Shown: positions 1-11,641, counted from the stretch's first letter. The stretch is 64,000 nucleotides of DNA from an uncultured delta proteobacterium (GCA_963735595.1 CAVTLK010000005.1:832001-896000), one strand, 5' to 3'. Made by a program: numbers and translations. The notes: generated from the letters alone by a model not told the origin.

Positions 1-759
1 TGGGCGCTCGATGCGGTTTTTCATTTCGGTAAGGACGGTGTCGATTTCCGGCTGTCCGATCATCAGCCGGCCGGCGAGTTTGTCGCCCGCCCCAAGCAGG
101 ATATCATGCGCATTTGAGAGCCACGCGCGGTATCCGTCCGGCTCGTCCTCGGTATAGATCTCCGGCTCGAAGGACAATCTAATGTCGGTAGCGCCGGCTT
201 TCTTGAATATGTCGAAGAGCTTCCTGCCGATAAAGGGGTCGCCGGAAAGCTCGACCTGGAGGCGACAGAACTGCTCCATGAGCAGGTCCATCCCGTCAAC
301 CGCCGGCCAGTAGAGGACGTTATGGAGGTCATTCTCCTGACAGGCGAGCACGCCGCCCGGTTTCGTGATCCTCAGCATCTGACGGGCGGCTTCCACGGGA
401 TCGGAGACGTGCTCAAGGAGGTAGCGGCAGCAGGTAAGGTCAAAGGTCGAGTCGGGGAGGTCGTTTTTCGTCGCGTCGTTCAGTATGAGCGTGATGTTTC
501 CATTGTCCCCGAGCGTCTCCTCCGCGCGCCGGAGCTGGTCGGCCGATATCTCGATTCCGGTGATCTTCGCACTGGGATATGCGGCGGCGATATCGGCGAT
601 CAGGGCGCCGGTTCCGCAGCCGAAATCGCAGACGTGTTTTCCCGAGAGGTCGCCCAGGAAGCGGATGAACGAGCCGTTTGTGATGGCCGAAAGGAGCGAG
701 AGCCGCTGCTGTTCTTTCTCGGACGTCCCGTGGATGTAGTTCTTTGTCGAGCCGCTCAA
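1..759 (-). CDS. Class I SAM-dependent methyltransferase (3' end runs off the window)
   Basis: Hand translation from TTG at 759: MSGSTKNYIHGTSEKEQQRL...VCDFGCGTGALIA (motif I)...FDLTCCRYLLEHV...RITKPGG; absent from ORF track because no stop in window. Confidence 0.85.
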   Translation of the reverse strand, partial: MSGSTKNYIHGTSEKEQQRLSLLSAITNGSFIRFLGDLSGKHVCDFGCGTGALIADIAAAYPSAKITGIEISADQLRRAEETLGDNGNITLILNDATKNDLPDSTFDLTCCRYLLEHVSDPVEAARQMLRITKPGGVLACQENDLHNVLYWPAVDGMDLLMEQFCRLQVELSGDPFIGRKLFDIFKKAGATDIRLSFEPEIYTEDEPDGYRAWLSNAHDILLGAGDKLAGRLMIGQPEIDTVLTEMKNRIERP

Positions 760-1171
760 AGTGACGCCCCATATGCGGGAAGTGAAACCGATATTGGATA
801 ATCAGGCACGCAGCTTATGTATACTAAATTTATATCATATATTTTTGAGAGTTCAATAGCAAAAATAGTCTAATGGAAATTATTTGCTTCATTAATTTCA
901 ATAAATACTCCGTTATTGTCACAAATGTACAATACTATTAATTTTCACCGTCACCCCTTTTCTGTTTTGACAACTCACGAATTGAATCGATCCGTACCGG
1001 CGGTGCCGGCCGTAAGGCGATCAGGCCGGCCCATGGGACGCCTTAACGGTATTGCCAGGGGAGATCGGGAGAACCGCTATCTAGATTGATATCTATCGGG
1101 CAACGCAGGACGCCGTTAGTACCGCGGAAGCGGAGGTGGGCCGGTACGTAATGGGGAGCGGCTGGGCGGCG

Positions 1172-2047
1172 CTATATCTCCATCCCGAAGAGCGCCTTGA
1201 CGGCCCAGCCGATGAAAAACGACAATGCCGCGACGCCAAATATAATAGATGCCATCTCGGCGAACCGGCGCAAAAACGGTACGTCGCTTGCCACCGAAAC
1301 GTAGAAAGTGAAAGAGAGGATGATCGCCATCGCGACGCTCATGGTCAGGGCGAGGGCGGCGCCGGGGCTGCCGAGCAGAAGGTAGGGAAGTATGAGGAGG
1401 ATGACCGTAAGGATGTATATCGTGCCCGTGTAGAAAGCCGCCTTGACGGGGCTTTTCGTATCTCCCTCGGAGCGGGTCGACTGGTATTCGGAGGCGGCCA
1501 TCGAGAGGGCCGCGGCAATCCCCGTAATGAGGCCGACAGCCGCGATGACCCTCGTTTCTCTGATCGCCAGCGTGAACCCCGCAAGCGCGCCGGTCAGCTC
1601 AACGAGGGCGTCGGAAAGCCCCAGGACGATCGAGCCGACGTAGCGCAGCCGCTGTTCGTCTATGAGCCCAATAAGCTCGCGTTCGTGCTCGTTTTCGTCT
1701 ACGACAACCTGTGCCACGCCCGGCACAGCGGGTGCGAGCGCTTCGTATACGATTTGTGCGTTGGCCTCGCCGCGTTCCATGAGCTTAAGCGCGAAGGTAA
1801 TGCCGAGGATACGCGCCGAACCGTAATAGAGGAGAATTTTAAGACGGCTCGGGCTCACGTCCCGCCCGGTGAGTTTTCGCCATAACTCATAGTGCCGCTT
1901 CTCGTCGGCGGCGATGCGCAAGAGGATGTCGCGGTTATGCGGATCGGCAATAGCGCGGGCCAATCGCTCATAGACGATATGTTCGGTGGCCTCGCCCCGC
2001 TGCATCGCAACGATTCGCCGCATGATCTCAGGGGACAGCGCTTTCAT
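1172..2047 (-). CDS. VIT1/CCC1 family transporter with N-terminal rubrerythrin/ferritin-like domain
   Basis: ExxH diiron motifs (DEKRH, DENEHE); GLSDALVE and LSMAASEY VIT1 motifs; TM helices. Confidence 0.85.
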   Translation of the reverse strand: MKALSPEIMRRIVAMQRGEATEHIVYERLARAIADPHNRDILLRIAADEKRHYELWRKLTGRDVSPSRLKILLYYGSARILGITFALKLMERGEANAQIVYEALAPAVPGVAQVVVDENEHERELIGLIDEQRLRYVGSIVLGLSDALVELTGALAGFTLAIRETRVIAAVGLITGIAAALSMAASEYQSTRSEGDTKSPVKAAFYTGTIYILTVILLILPYLLLGSPGAALALTMSVAMAIILSFTFYVSVASDVPFLRRFAEMASIIFGVAALSFFIGWAVKALFGMEI

Positions 2048-2106
2048 TCGTTTGTCTCTCCTCGTGGTAAGCAGACGCTCGAAGGTTAGGGCGCGATATT
2101 TGCCGC

Positions 2107-2622
2107 CTACGTGCCGTCGTAAATATACTGCATGATGGTGACATCAAGCAGGAGCCCGAATTTCCTACCGACCTCCCGCATGACCCCGACCGTGGTAAAG
2201 CCGAACGAGACATGCAGGGCGATACTGACGTCGTTTCCCCCGGCGATTCGGGAAATTACCGTATGCAGGCCGGCGCGGCGGCCCCGGTCGATGATCGCCG
2301 AAAAGAGGCCCCGGCCGATCCCGCGATTCCGACACGATTCCCTGACATACAGGGAGACCTCGGCGGTGCCGTCGTAGGCGGGCCGGTCGGAATAGGCGGA
2401 CAACGCCGCCCAACCGGCGACGGCTCCATCAGATTCCGCGACGATGATCGGGTGACGGGCGTCGTGGGCCGAAAACCAGACGGAATATTCCCGGGTCGTC
2501 TTGGGCGTGATATCGAAGGTGGCCGTTGACGAGATAACCGATTCGTTGTAGATATCGAGGATCGCCGGGACGTCGGAGAGATCGGCGTCTCGTATCGTGA
2601 TGTGCGGGGTTTGGACGGGCAT
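2107..2622 (-). CDS. GNAT N-acetyltransferase (Pat/YncA-like)
   Basis: IYN...TATF, RNRGIGR acetyl-CoA motif, SIALHxxFGF...VGRKFG. Confidence 0.9.
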   Translation of the reverse strand: MPVQTPHITIRDADLSDVPAILDIYNESVISSTATFDITPKTTREYSVWFSAHDARHPIIVAESDGAVAGWAALSAYSDRPAYDGTAEVSLYVRESCRNRGIGRGLFSAIIDRGRRAGLHTVISRIAGGNDVSIALHVSFGFTTVGVMREVGRKFGLLLDVTIMQYIYDGT

Positions 2623-2667
2623 AGAGAGACCCTCACGGTGGACTACATACTATATCAGTGAATCGTT

Positions 2668-3777
2668 CTAACTGTTACGGGGGTTTTCCGGAGCACGTCC
2701 ATTTCGTGACTGTCCCTTTTGTTCGTACATCAGTTTATCCGCGGAATGTATCAGCTCACGGGCGGTTATGCTACCTGTGAGCGGGGCGATGCCGAAGCTG
2801 ATCGACACGCCGTCCAATTCGCGTACCGTTCGTTGTCCGATACGCTCAATGATCTCCAACGCCGTGTCCTTATCCGCGTAGGGGAGGATCACCGCAAATT
2901 CGTCGCCCCCGAAGCGATAGGCGCTGTCCACGTCCTTTCTGATGGAGCTTCGGATGATCTCACCGATTCCCCTGAGGATCTCGTTGCCTTTAAGGTGACC
3001 GTAGGTGTCATTATAGACCTTGAAGTTGTCCACGTCCATGATAACCAGGCACAGGGGGTATCTCATTCGATCCGCGCGGTCTACCTCCTGCTCGATCTTC
3101 TCGATGAACTGCCGCTGGTTGAAGAGGCCCGTGAGGTCGTCGGTTATCGACAACCGAGTGAGCTCCTGTTCCATTTGCTTGTTTTCGGTTATCTCCCTGC
3201 CAAAAACCGCGCACTGGATCACCCGTCCGTCAGCATCGGTTACCGGAAAGATATTAACATCGAACCATCGTCCGTCCTGCTGTTCTTCGACGCGGAGCGG
3301 CCGTTTCGTTTTAACGACCGTCCGTTGCCGTTTCCTCCTCCGTAAGGCCAGATCGGGAGGCAACAGGTCATATATGTTTTTTCCGACGATATCGGATGCG
3401 TGCGCTCCGAAGTCCCCGGCAGCCTTGTCGTTGAGGGCCTGGATCGTCCCGTCAAGTAACAGGAGAACGGCCGCCTCGGCCGTTGCGTTAAGCAGCGACT
3501 GCTGGGTATGCTCGCTTATTCGGCAGAGCCCCTCAAGCCTTCTGTACCGCGCGACCGTGACGTGCGCGTACGCCGAGAACGCCAGTATCAGACCGACGAC
3601 GGCGATTCGCATCCAGAGCTCACCGTTCGCGGGAAACAGGGCATCATGGAAGAACGGGCTGGAATGAAATAAGTACGAATCGATAAACGATTCAAGGAGC
3701 CAATAGGCAAACGCAACCAGTATTCCCAGAGGGATGATTCTGTTTCTTACCGGCTGCTGCACTGGTGATTGAGTCAT
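2668..3777 (-). CDS. Membrane-anchored PAS-GGDEF diguanylate cyclase
   Basis: Two N-terminal TM segments, PAS-like region, DDLTGLFN, DVDNFKVYNDTYGH, RFGGDEF. Confidence 0.92.
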   Translation of the reverse strand: MTQSPVQQPVRNRIIPLGILVAFAYWLLESFIDSYLFHSSPFFHDALFPANGELWMRIAVVGLILAFSAYAHVTVARYRRLEGLCRISEHTQQSLLNATAEAAVLLLLDGTIQALNDKAAGDFGAHASDIVGKNIYDLLPPDLALRRRKRQRTVVKTKRPLRVEEQQDGRWFDVNIFPVTDADGRVIQCAVFGREITENKQMEQELTRLSITDDLTGLFNQRQFIEKIEQEVDRADRMRYPLCLVIMDVDNFKVYNDTYGHLKGNEILRGIGEIIRSSIRKDVDSAYRFGGDEFAVILPYADKDTALEIIERIGQRTVRELDGVSISFGIAPLTGSITARELIHSADKLMYEQKGQSRNGRAPENPRNS

Positions 3778-3980
3778 GGCCCTTCTCCCGGTCTGTCACG
3801 GAATCATCTGGGAATTATTACTCTTATATTATCACAACATACTCCAGGATTCAAGGTCCACGATTGTGGGGTAGTGGGCCTTATACGCCGTATACGATTA
3901 CCGGTTGCGTTACGCGGGAAATTCGGATAAGGTAGACCGGTACGAAGATACAATTTCCCTACCGTAAAGGAGTGGAAACG

Positions 3981-4851
3981 ATGAAAAAGGCATTGATCAT
4001 TTCGCTGGTTGTTATTATCGGTCTTATCGGGCTTTCGGTCGGCGTTTACAAATACGTGTTCGGGCTTGCCCAGGCAAAGCCGGACAACGATCCCTGTGCG
4101 TTCGTCACGGAGGTAAAGCCGGGCTTCTCGGGCAGCGTGCTGGTTTGCGTTGGAGACAGCATCACCCACGGGAGGGTGAGCAGCAACTACGTTGACATGC
4201 TGTCCGACGACCTCGGAAAGAAGGATTTTTATGTCGTGAACGCCGGGATCAACAGTGAGCTTGCCTATAACGTCCTGATGCGCGTTGAGCCGATTATCGC
4301 GTGCAATCCGGACTATGTGACCGTCTTCATCGGCACCAACGACGCCCACGGGGCATTGACCACCGAGCAGGGAGAAAAAGAGGTCAAGGAGATGAAGCTC
4401 CCGCAGATACCGACGGAAGAGTGGTACCGGGAAAACCTGACCCAGCTCGTCAGGAAGCTCAAGGAGTCCACGCATGCCAGAATTGCGCTCCTGTCGATCC
4501 CCCCGATCGGAGAGAACCCGGCGGACCCCGCCTTTTTATTGTCCGATCATTACGGCGCGATCATCAGGGACGTGGCAAAAATCGAGCAGGTCTCCTACCT
4601 GGGGCTCTTTGAAGCGATGACGGCCTACCTCGCGGAACATCCCAATGCGGCCGCCGCTGTATACCCGGGGCGATTTCGAACGGGCCATGTATACCGGGAT
4701 CGCGCGGCACTTTCTTCTGGGCGCTTCGTTTGGGGACATCTCACGAAAGAACGGCTTTCTGCTGGAGACCGACTACCTCCATCTCAACGAGACGGGCGCC
4801 CGCATGGTCGCGGACCTTATCGAGGGGTTCGTTCTGAAGGGCTCGCAGTAG
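3981..4851 (+). CDS. SGNH/GDSL hydrolase with N-terminal anchor (frameshift near 4650)
   Basis: GDSIT, NAGINS, IGTND blocks; DYLHLN block lies in the other frame (ORF 4645-4851). Confidence 0.85.
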
Positions 4852-4968
4852 ACGACGGCCGACGACATACATGTACGTTCGTGGCTGACCGGCGGCGTTT
4901 TTAGCACCCTTGGCCGACGGGTTCGGCAGGGGTTCGGGTGGACGAAGCTACCCCGTTTTCCTGCCGGA

Positions 4969-5805
4969 TTATAGGAACGTGACGTCCGGCTCGTTGCGGG
5001 TGGGCAGCTTCACGAATCGGTACGCCGGCCACCCGAGGGCGACGCAGCCGTAGATCTTGTTACCGGCGGGAAGGCCGAGGGCCTCTCCGATTGCTGGCGT
5101 ATATTCGGCCGCCGACACGAAATAGCGGTTGATGCAGCTGCCCAGGCCCATGCTGTGGGCCGTCAGCACCACGTGAAGCGCGGCGTAGAGGCAGTTGTCG
5201 ATGGAAGAGGGGTTTTCGGACGGGGCGTGGGTGAGGCAGACGACCGGCGCACCGCGGAAGATCCGGTCCTTGCCCGCCTTGAAGAACTCGTAGTTGAGCC
5301 TGAAGCTGTGCACCATCTCCCTGACGGTGGGGGGGAAGCCCGTCGGGGGATTTCTCGACCATCGCGGCCAGGTTCCCGTAGAACTCGGCGGCAAGCCGCG
5401 AGAGATTCCTGATCGTCTCCTTATCGCGGACGACGATAAACGAGACGTTCTGGGCGTTGTGGCCGGTGGGGGCATACCGGGCCGTGTCGATGAGCTTTTC
5501 CAGCGTTTCTTTGGGTACGTCTTTGTCCTGCCAGGAGCGGCAGCTGCGCCGGGAACGCAGAAACGATAAGGACCTCCGGGGCTACGCCCGTCTCGGGGGC
5601 GGGGGTAAAGTGGGCCGAGGTCGAGCCCCGAATGAATGACGGCGTCCTCGGGGCAGACCGCACCGCAGTGGCCGCAGCCGATACAGTATTCCTGATCCCG
5701 CGTCTCAACGGAGCCGTTTTCCATAAAAAAGATATGGGCGGGACAGGTATCGACGCACGCCTCACACAGGATGCAGAGCTTCTCGTCGACGGATATCGTA
5801 TTCAT
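4969..5805 (-). CDS. Nitroreductase family protein with N-terminal 2x[4Fe-4S] ferredoxin domain (frameshifted)
   Basis: CILCEACVDTCP and CIGCGHCGAVCP; RRSCR / APTGHNAQ in a shifted frame; LTAHSMGLGSC. Confidence 0.85.
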   Translation of the reverse strand: MNTISVDEKLCILCEACVDTCPAHIFFMENGSVETRDQEYCIGCGHCGAVCPEDAVIHSGLDLGPLYPRPRDGRSPGGPYRFCVPGAAAAPGRTKTYPKKRWKSSSTRPGMPPPATTPRTSRLSSSAIRRRSGISRGLPPSSTGTWPRWSRNPPTGFPPTVREMVHSFRLNYEFFKAGKDRIFRGAPVVCLTHAPSENPSSIDNCLYAALHVVLTAHSMGLGSCINRYFVSAAEYTPAIGEALGLPAGNKIYGCVALGWPAYRFVKLPTRNEPDVTFL

Positions 5806-5865
5806 GGTCACTCCTCGTGCGTTCGGTTGAAACGGCGGCCCGATAATCGCCGTTCTTTTGTCTCG

Positions 5866-6282
5866 TCACTCCCCAATGATCTTCACGAGCGCCCGCTTCT
5901 TCCTTCTCCCGTCGAACTCTCCGTAGAAGATCTGCTCCCAGGGGCCGAAATCGAGCCTTCCCCCGGTCACCGCCACGACGACCTCCCGCCCCATGACCTG
6001 GCGCTTGAGGTGGGCGTCGGCGTTGTCCTCCCCGACGTTGTGCCGGTATCGCGAGACCGGCTCGTGGGGCGCGAGGCCTTCGAGCCATTTCTCGAAATCG
6101 TGATGGAGGCCCCCCTCGTCGTCGTTGATGAAGACCGACGCGGTGATATGCATGGCGTTAACCAGCACCAGGCCTTCCCGAATCCCGCTCTCGGCCAGCG
6201 CCTGCTGGACCTGGTCGGTGATATTGATAAAGGCGCGCCGGGAGGGCACCTCAAACCAGAGCTCTTTGCGGTAACTCTTCAT
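5866..6282 (-). CDS. yjbQ: YjbQ/UPF0047 family protein
   Basis: HITAS...[25 protein letters not shown] motifs. Confidence 0.92.
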   Translation of the reverse strand: MKSYRKELWFEVPSRRAFINITDQVQQALAESGIREGLVLVNAMHITASVFINDDEGGLHHDFEKWLEGLAPHEPVSRYRHNVGEDNADAHLKRQVMGREVVVAVTGGRLDFGPWEQIFYGEFDGRRKKRALVKIIGE

Positions 6283-6343
6283 ACGGTATCCGAAATATCC
6301 CGCTGGATGAGGACAGGCTATTCTCGAGGCCGCCTGAGTTTGC

Positions 6344-7075
6344 TCAGATGCCCGACAGGTGAAAAAGGATACCGAGGTACTGGCAGATGCTGCCGCCGAG
6401 GACGAACAGGTGCCAGATCGGATGATGATACGGCATCCGCTTGGCTGCGTAAAAGATTACGCCGAGGGTATAGGAGAGCCCCCCGATGACCAGCCACATG
6501 ATCATGCCGTGATCGACCAGGGTAAAGAGGGGTTTTAGCGCAATGACCACGAGCCACCCCATGGCGATATAAAGAGCGACCGAGAAGCCCTTGAATCTCC
6601 CGACAAACCATACCTTGAGCACGATGCCGAGGATGGCCAGCCCCCAGATGAGGCCGAACAGCGTCCAGCCCCAGGGGCCCCTCAGCACCGTGAGGGTGAG
6701 CGGGGTATAGGTGCCGGCGATCAACAGGTAGATCGAGCAGTGGTCCAGGAGCTGGAAGAGCTTTTTTACCTGCGGGTTGGTGAAGCTGTGGTAGAGGGTC
6801 GAGATGAGGTAGAGTATGACGAGGGTGGCGCCGTATATGGAAAAGCTGACAACCCGCCAGGCATCGCCGTAGAGCGCCGCGGAGACTACGAGAACCACCA
6901 TGCCCGCGACCGCCAGCGCCGCCCCGATTCCGTGGGTTATCCCGTTGGCAATCTCCTCGCCGATGCTTTGATCCTGATACGACGGGCGATTCCGGTGATA
7001 AGGCGAGGTATCGGCCGCCCTTGCCGTTAAGGCCGTTAAGGCCATAAGGGTATTCTCTTCGGATTCCATTGACAT
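6344..7075 (-). CDS. Hemolysin III / PAQR family membrane protein
   Basis: [41 protein letters not shown]. Confidence 0.93.
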   Translation of the reverse strand: MSMESEENTLMALTALTARAADTSPYHRNRPSYQDQSIGEEIANGITHGIGAALAVAGMVVLVVSAALYGDAWRVVSFSIYGATLVILYLISTLYHSFTNPQVKKLFQLLDHCSIYLLIAGTYTPLTLTVLRGPWGWTLFGLIWGLAILGIVLKVWFVGRFKGFSVALYIAMGWLVVIALKPLFTLVDHGMIMWLVIGGLSYTLGVIFYAAKRMPYHHPIWHLFVLGGSICQYLGILFHLSGI

Positions 7076-7183
7076 CCAGTTTCCCTTCTATCTTGAAACA
7101 ATTAAACTATATAAAAAAATATCACCATTTTTCGATTTTGTAAAGACCTTTATTGCCGGGGCGCGTCCGGGGATCGATTCGGC

Positions 7184-8041
7184 CTATACCACCGGCGGGG
7201 GCACCTTGTCCCGCACCATGTAGACGGAGCGAACCGTGACGGCCAGAAGGACGATGATCCCCCCGGCTACCGCCCACGGGCCGGGCCGTTCGCCGATCAA
7301 TAGAAATACCCACAGCGGGTTGAGGATCGGCTCGATGATCGGGATCAGGATCGAGTCAAGGGCCGTGACGTGCCGTATCGCCTTCGCGTAGAGGACGTAG
7401 GGCAGGCCGAGCTGCAGAGCGCCCAGTATAAGAAGCCACGAAAGGTCCCGCACGTCCGGTACGTCCAGGCAGAGAAAAGGGATCCCGATGACGGCCACGA
7501 TGGCGTTTCCCAGAAGGATCGATTCAAGGTTCGACGTGTCTTTCTGCTTTCTCAGGAAGATCGCCAGGAACGCGAAGGTAAGGCCGGTTATCATGCCGAA
7601 GACGTTGCCGAGCAGCTGCCCGGGCGCCAGGGAGTCAAGGAAGAAGAGGGCCATGCCGAACAGACAGGCGCCCATCATGAGCCAGTCGGCGGTCCGTGTC
7701 CGTTCTCCCAAAAACCACGATCCGAGAAGCGCGATATATACCGGGGCGGTATACTCCAGCAGGATCGCGTTGGCGGCGGTCGTCAGCTTGGTGGCAAAGA
7801 CGAAGCACGTAACGGTGGCGGCGTACGAGAGGGCGCCTCCGATCTGGGGGATCGACCAGGTAAAGCGCGGCCGTCCCAGAAACAACAGGACGACCAGGCA
7901 GGCCGCGCCGCTTCGCACGCCGGCAATGGCCATCGGGTGTATCGACACCGATTTGACCAGGAGGCCGCCCATGCTCCAGAACACGGCGGCCGTGATCAAC
8001 AAGAGAAGCGCCCTTTTGCGCTGGCGTGACGATGTGGTCAT
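7184..8041 (-). CDS. DMT/EamA family transporter
   Basis: About 10 TM helices; TTAANAILLEYTAP, IEPILNPLWVFL. Confidence 0.9.
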   Translation of the reverse strand: MTTSSRQRKRALLLLITAAVFWSMGGLLVKSVSIHPMAIAGVRSGAACLVVLLFLGRPRFTWSIPQIGGALSYAATVTCFVFATKLTTAANAILLEYTAPVYIALLGSWFLGERTRTADWLMMGACLFGMALFFLDSLAPGQLLGNVFGMITGLTFAFLAIFLRKQKDTSNLESILLGNAIVAVIGIPFLCLDVPDVRDLSWLLILGALQLGLPYVLYAKAIRHVTALDSILIPIIEPILNPLWVFLLIGERPGPWAVAGGIIVLLAVTVRSVYMVRDKVPPPVV

Positions 8042-8044
8042 GGC

Positions 8045-8922
8045 GGCAGCCGTCTCTCCCTAATCCGGCCGCGGGGACGGCCGCGCCGGTGCGCGCCATC
8101 AGGATGGAACGCGCGGTTACCGATATCAGCACGATCGCGCCGCCGACCAGCGCCCAGGGTCCGGGGCGCTCCCCCAGCAGCAAGAAGACCCAAATCGGGA
8201 TTCAGGAGTGGTTCGATGGTCGGTACGAGGATCGAGTCGAGCGCCGAGGCGTGCTTTACGGCGGCCGCGAACAGGATATAGGAAAGCCCCAGCTGTACCA
8301 CCCCAAGGGCAACGAGGGCAGCCCAGCCCGTGAGGTCGGGCGAGGAGCCGAACATGAACGGGATGCCGACAGCGGCGGCGATGATGATTGCCCAGGAGCG
8401 GCGTTTCGAGGGTGGATTGGTCTTTCTGCTTGCGCATGAACAGGATGAACCAGCCGAAGGCAAGCCCGGCCCCGATAGCCGCGATGTTGCCCGCCACACC
8501 CCCGGACCGTGAGAGCCTGTCCAGGAAGAAGAGGGCCATCCCGATAAGGACGGCGCCGATCATCAGCCAGTCCAACCGGGTCGTCTTTTCGCCGAGGAAC
8601 GATTTGCCGAAGATCGCCACCCAGATCGGCCCCGTGTACTGAAGCAGGATGGCGTTGGCGGCGGTCGTCAGCTTGGTCGCGGTAACAAAGAGGATGACCG
8701 TCGCCGCGTAGGCAAGGGCCCCCCCGATCTGGGCGGCCGACCAGACTAAACCGGGGACGGCGCATGTACGCGAGGATCAACACGGAGGCGATAACGCTGC
8801 GCATCCCGGCGATCGCCAGCGGATTCCAGTTGACCGACTTGATCAGAAGGCCGCCCGTGCTCCAGAGGATTGCCGTTGCAATCAGCAAGCAGGAGCGCCT
8901 TTTTTCGGTTTGCGTCGTCCAT
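8045..8922 (-). CDS. DMT/EamA family transporter, tandem paralog (multiple frameshifts; stop approximate)
   Basis: Fragments LWSTGGLLIKSV, KTTRLDWLMI, IEPLLNP, LLGERPGPWAL across several frames parallel the neighbouring gene. Confidence 0.8.
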
Positions 8923-8977
8923 GAGGGATTCGTCCGGCTCTTTAACGCCGTTTTGGGGCGCGGGGATTAGCGGGCAC

Positions 8978-9003
8978 AAAAAAACACCCGGCCTGCCCGG
9001 GTG
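8978..9003 (-). terminator. Intrinsic terminator downstream of the pirin gene
   Basis: CACCCGG-N5-CCGGGTG stem followed by a T run on the minus strand. Confidence 0.6.
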
Positions 9004-9014
9004 CGTTGGCGGTA

Positions 9015-9865
9015 TCATAGCACGTCGGTTTCGGAAATCAAGCGAAATTTATCGGTCCGGGTTCGGTCGGGAGCGCTCCAGGACCTCGGACGGCTCGGAC
9101 ATCGGCGGTAGATCAGTCCGTTACGCCCGCCGCCCGAGAGCGTTTTCTTATCGTACCCCCAGCCCTTGCACGACGGCACGTCGATCAGGATGAACCCCGT
9201 GTCGCCGACGGCGGTTAGCGTGACCGTCTCTTCGATATCTACCCGGGCCTGGTCGTTGTGCCTGAGGTGTTTCCCATTTACGTCCAGCGCCCCGGAGGAA
9301 AGGTAGAGAAAAAGCCTGCGGGAGTCGGTGGTCTTAAACTTAATGGTATGGTTATGATCGAAGTCGGCGCGGTAGACCGTGGCGTTCGTATGAAACGAGA
9401 CCACGCCGAGAGCCCCTGTCCGGACGCCACGGGCAGCAGCCGGTTCTTCCATGTTCCGGCGAAAAGCTTGTCTGGTCGTAGGAGGGTGAAAGCCCCGATT
9501 CATCGGGGATATATCCATATCTGGAAGAAATGTACCGGCTCGTGTTTCGAGATTGAATTCGCTGTGGGTGAGCCCGGTTCCTGCCGACATCCTCTGAACG
9601 TCACCCGCCTGATGACGGTCTTGTTGCCCATGCTGTCGGCATGGGTAACCGCGCCGGAAAGGACGATGGTGATGATCTCCATCTCCCGATGAGGATGGGT
9701 GGGAAAGCCCGTCCCCGGAGCAACGATATCGTCATTAAAGACCCGCAGCGCCCCGAACTGGATATTCTCGGGGTCAAAGTAGTCAGAAAACGAAAAAAGC
9801 CAGTAGGTCTTGAGCCATCCGAAATCGGAGAAGTGCCGCTGGTTTGAGTGGATGATCTTTATCAT
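9015..9865 (-). CDS. Pirin family protein (frameshifted; stop approximate)
   Basis: FSFSDYFDP, FGALRVFNDD, GFPTHPHREMEI, MSAGTGLTHSEFN split over two frames. Confidence 0.88.
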
Positions 9866-9929
9866 CGATCGTTCCCCTTTTTCTCTGATACGCGCGCCGC
9901 CGGCTGCTCGGTCGGCCGTATCGCCGTTA

Positions 9930-11282
9930 TCAACGGTTGGCGGGAATCCCCGTGGATTTTCCCGCCTTGTGCTTGTACATCTCTTTATCTGCGGTGTCTA
10001 TTAGTTCCTGGAGGGAAGTCTCGTCTGTGAGATGAGCGATACCGTATGAGATGGCGATTTCGGCAAAAGACTCGCCAACCCGCTGGTTGATGCGAGACCC
10101 CAGATGATGGGCGTCTTGCTCTTCTGTATGGGGCAGGATGACGGCAAATTCGTCTCCGCCGTAACGAAAGGCGGCGTCAATGCCCGAGCGGATCTCATCC
10201 CGCGTAATCCTGCCGACTTCCTTCAGTACTCCATTGCCCTTGATATGGCCGTAGGTGTCATTGTAGCTTTTAAAGTTGTCAAGATCGAAGACGAGAAGCG
10301 TCAGGGGAGAATCGGTGCGTCGGGCGCGTTTAATCTCGTCGTTAAGCCTCTTGTGGAAATGCCGCTGGTTGAAGAGGCCCGTGAGGTCATCGGTGATGGA
10401 AAGCCTGGTGAGCTCCTGCTCCATTTTCTTTCGCTCAGTGATATCTGCTGATGTCGTTACGATATATATCGGGTCGCCTTCCTCGTTGCGTACTACGTCT
10501 GAGATCAGGTTTACGGGGAAAACGGTGCCGTCTTTCTTGATATTCGTCGTTTCGCGGGTGTAGCCTTTCATCGTCCTGATCTGGTCCCTCGACAGGGGTT
10601 TTGCTGCGGACCTATGCGCCAGTATTCGGGACGGCTTTCCGACCAAGTCCTGCACCGCATACCCGTGCATTGCGGCCTCATAGGGGTTGGTGTATACGAC
10701 GGTGCCGTCCAGATCGGTGACCGTTACGCCGATCTTCATGCTTTCGACAGCCTTCACTAACGAAAGGAGCCGTTCCTCCGTCCGTTTCCTTTCAGCGATC
10801 TCTTCTTGCAGCTCCTGGTTTGTTCGAGACAGCTCGGCTGTACGCTCCTTGAGAAGCATCTGGAATTGCTCATGGATTTGTTTGAGCTCTTCCTCCAGAT
10901 GCTTTCTCTCGATGGCGTAGGTCAGTGAGCGGGCGAGGAGTTCTTTGGTTACTTCCCCTTTGATCAGGTAATCCTGTGCCCCGCGTCTGACCGCTTCCAG
11001 GCCGATCTTCTCGTCGTCGATGGCCGTGAGCACCACGATTGGAAACGAGGGGGCATGCTCGATGAATACGAGCAGGGTATCGATTCCGGCGGTATCGGGG
11101 AGGTTGAGATCGAGTAATACGACGTCAGGATTGACCGTATAGAGCGACTCAATACCGGCTTCAAGCCTGAGACAGCATTCGAGCGTGAATGCGTCGGGAT
11201 CAACGACGGACAACATGTCTCGAATTACCTGAATGGTGACGGGATTGTCTTCGATCAGCAGGACTTTTTTCGGTTTGTTCAT
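9930..11282 (-). CDS. REC-PAS-GGDEF diguanylate cyclase response regulator
   Basis: Receiver (IEDN, LLDLNLPD, GAQDYLIK), coiled coil, PAS/PAC, RYGGDEF. Confidence 0.93.
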   Translation of the reverse strand: MNKPKKVLLIEDNPVTIQVIRDMLSVVDPDAFTLECCLRLEAGIESLYTVNPDVVLLDLNLPDTAGIDTLLVFIEHAPSFPIVVLTAIDDEKIGLEAVRRGAQDYLIKGEVTKELLARSLTYAIERKHLEEELKQIHEQFQMLLKERTAELSRTNQELQEEIAERKRTEERLLSLVKAVESMKIGVTVTDLDGTVVYTNPYEAAMHGYAVQDLVGKPSRILAHRSAAKPLSRDQIRTMKGYTRETTNIKKDGTVFPVNLISDVVRNEEGDPIYIVTTSADITERKKMEQELTRLSITDDLTGLFNQRHFHKRLNDEIKRARRTDSPLTLLVFDLDNFKSYNDTYGHIKGNGVLKEVGRITRDEIRSGIDAAFRYGGDEFAVILPHTEEQDAHHLGSRINQRVGESFAEIAISYGIAHLTDETSLQELIDTADKEMYKHKAGKSTGIPANR

Positions 11283-11641
11283 GATCGTCGACCGTCGTCC
11301 CCGAAAAGGGGCAGGAACCGATCAGTGCGGCGATAAGATCCGGGCGCCGTCGGCTGATTCTCGTCCTCCCAACAAGAGGAAAGAACGGTCTGCTTACCGG
11401 CGCCCGGCCGGGCGTGTCTTTCTTTACGCCCGGAACCGGTGTGCCAATCGCCGGAGGTCCAGCAGGGGCGGGAGATGACCGGTTTGGGAGAACGTGACGA
11501 AATTGCTAATATTAGTACATGAAATGGGATGGAAGTCAACATAAATAACACTCATGAAAAAGACGGGGCGCCTCACGATGGTTGGTCGGCGGGGGGAGGG
11601 GCGACGTCGAGGACCGGAGAGATGGAAATCTGCCGGGGATG

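Noticed and set aside
11283..11640. c-di-GMP riboswitch upstream of the REC-PAS-GGDEF gene
   Set aside because: GC-rich stems are possible but I could not find the conserved GEMM motif elements
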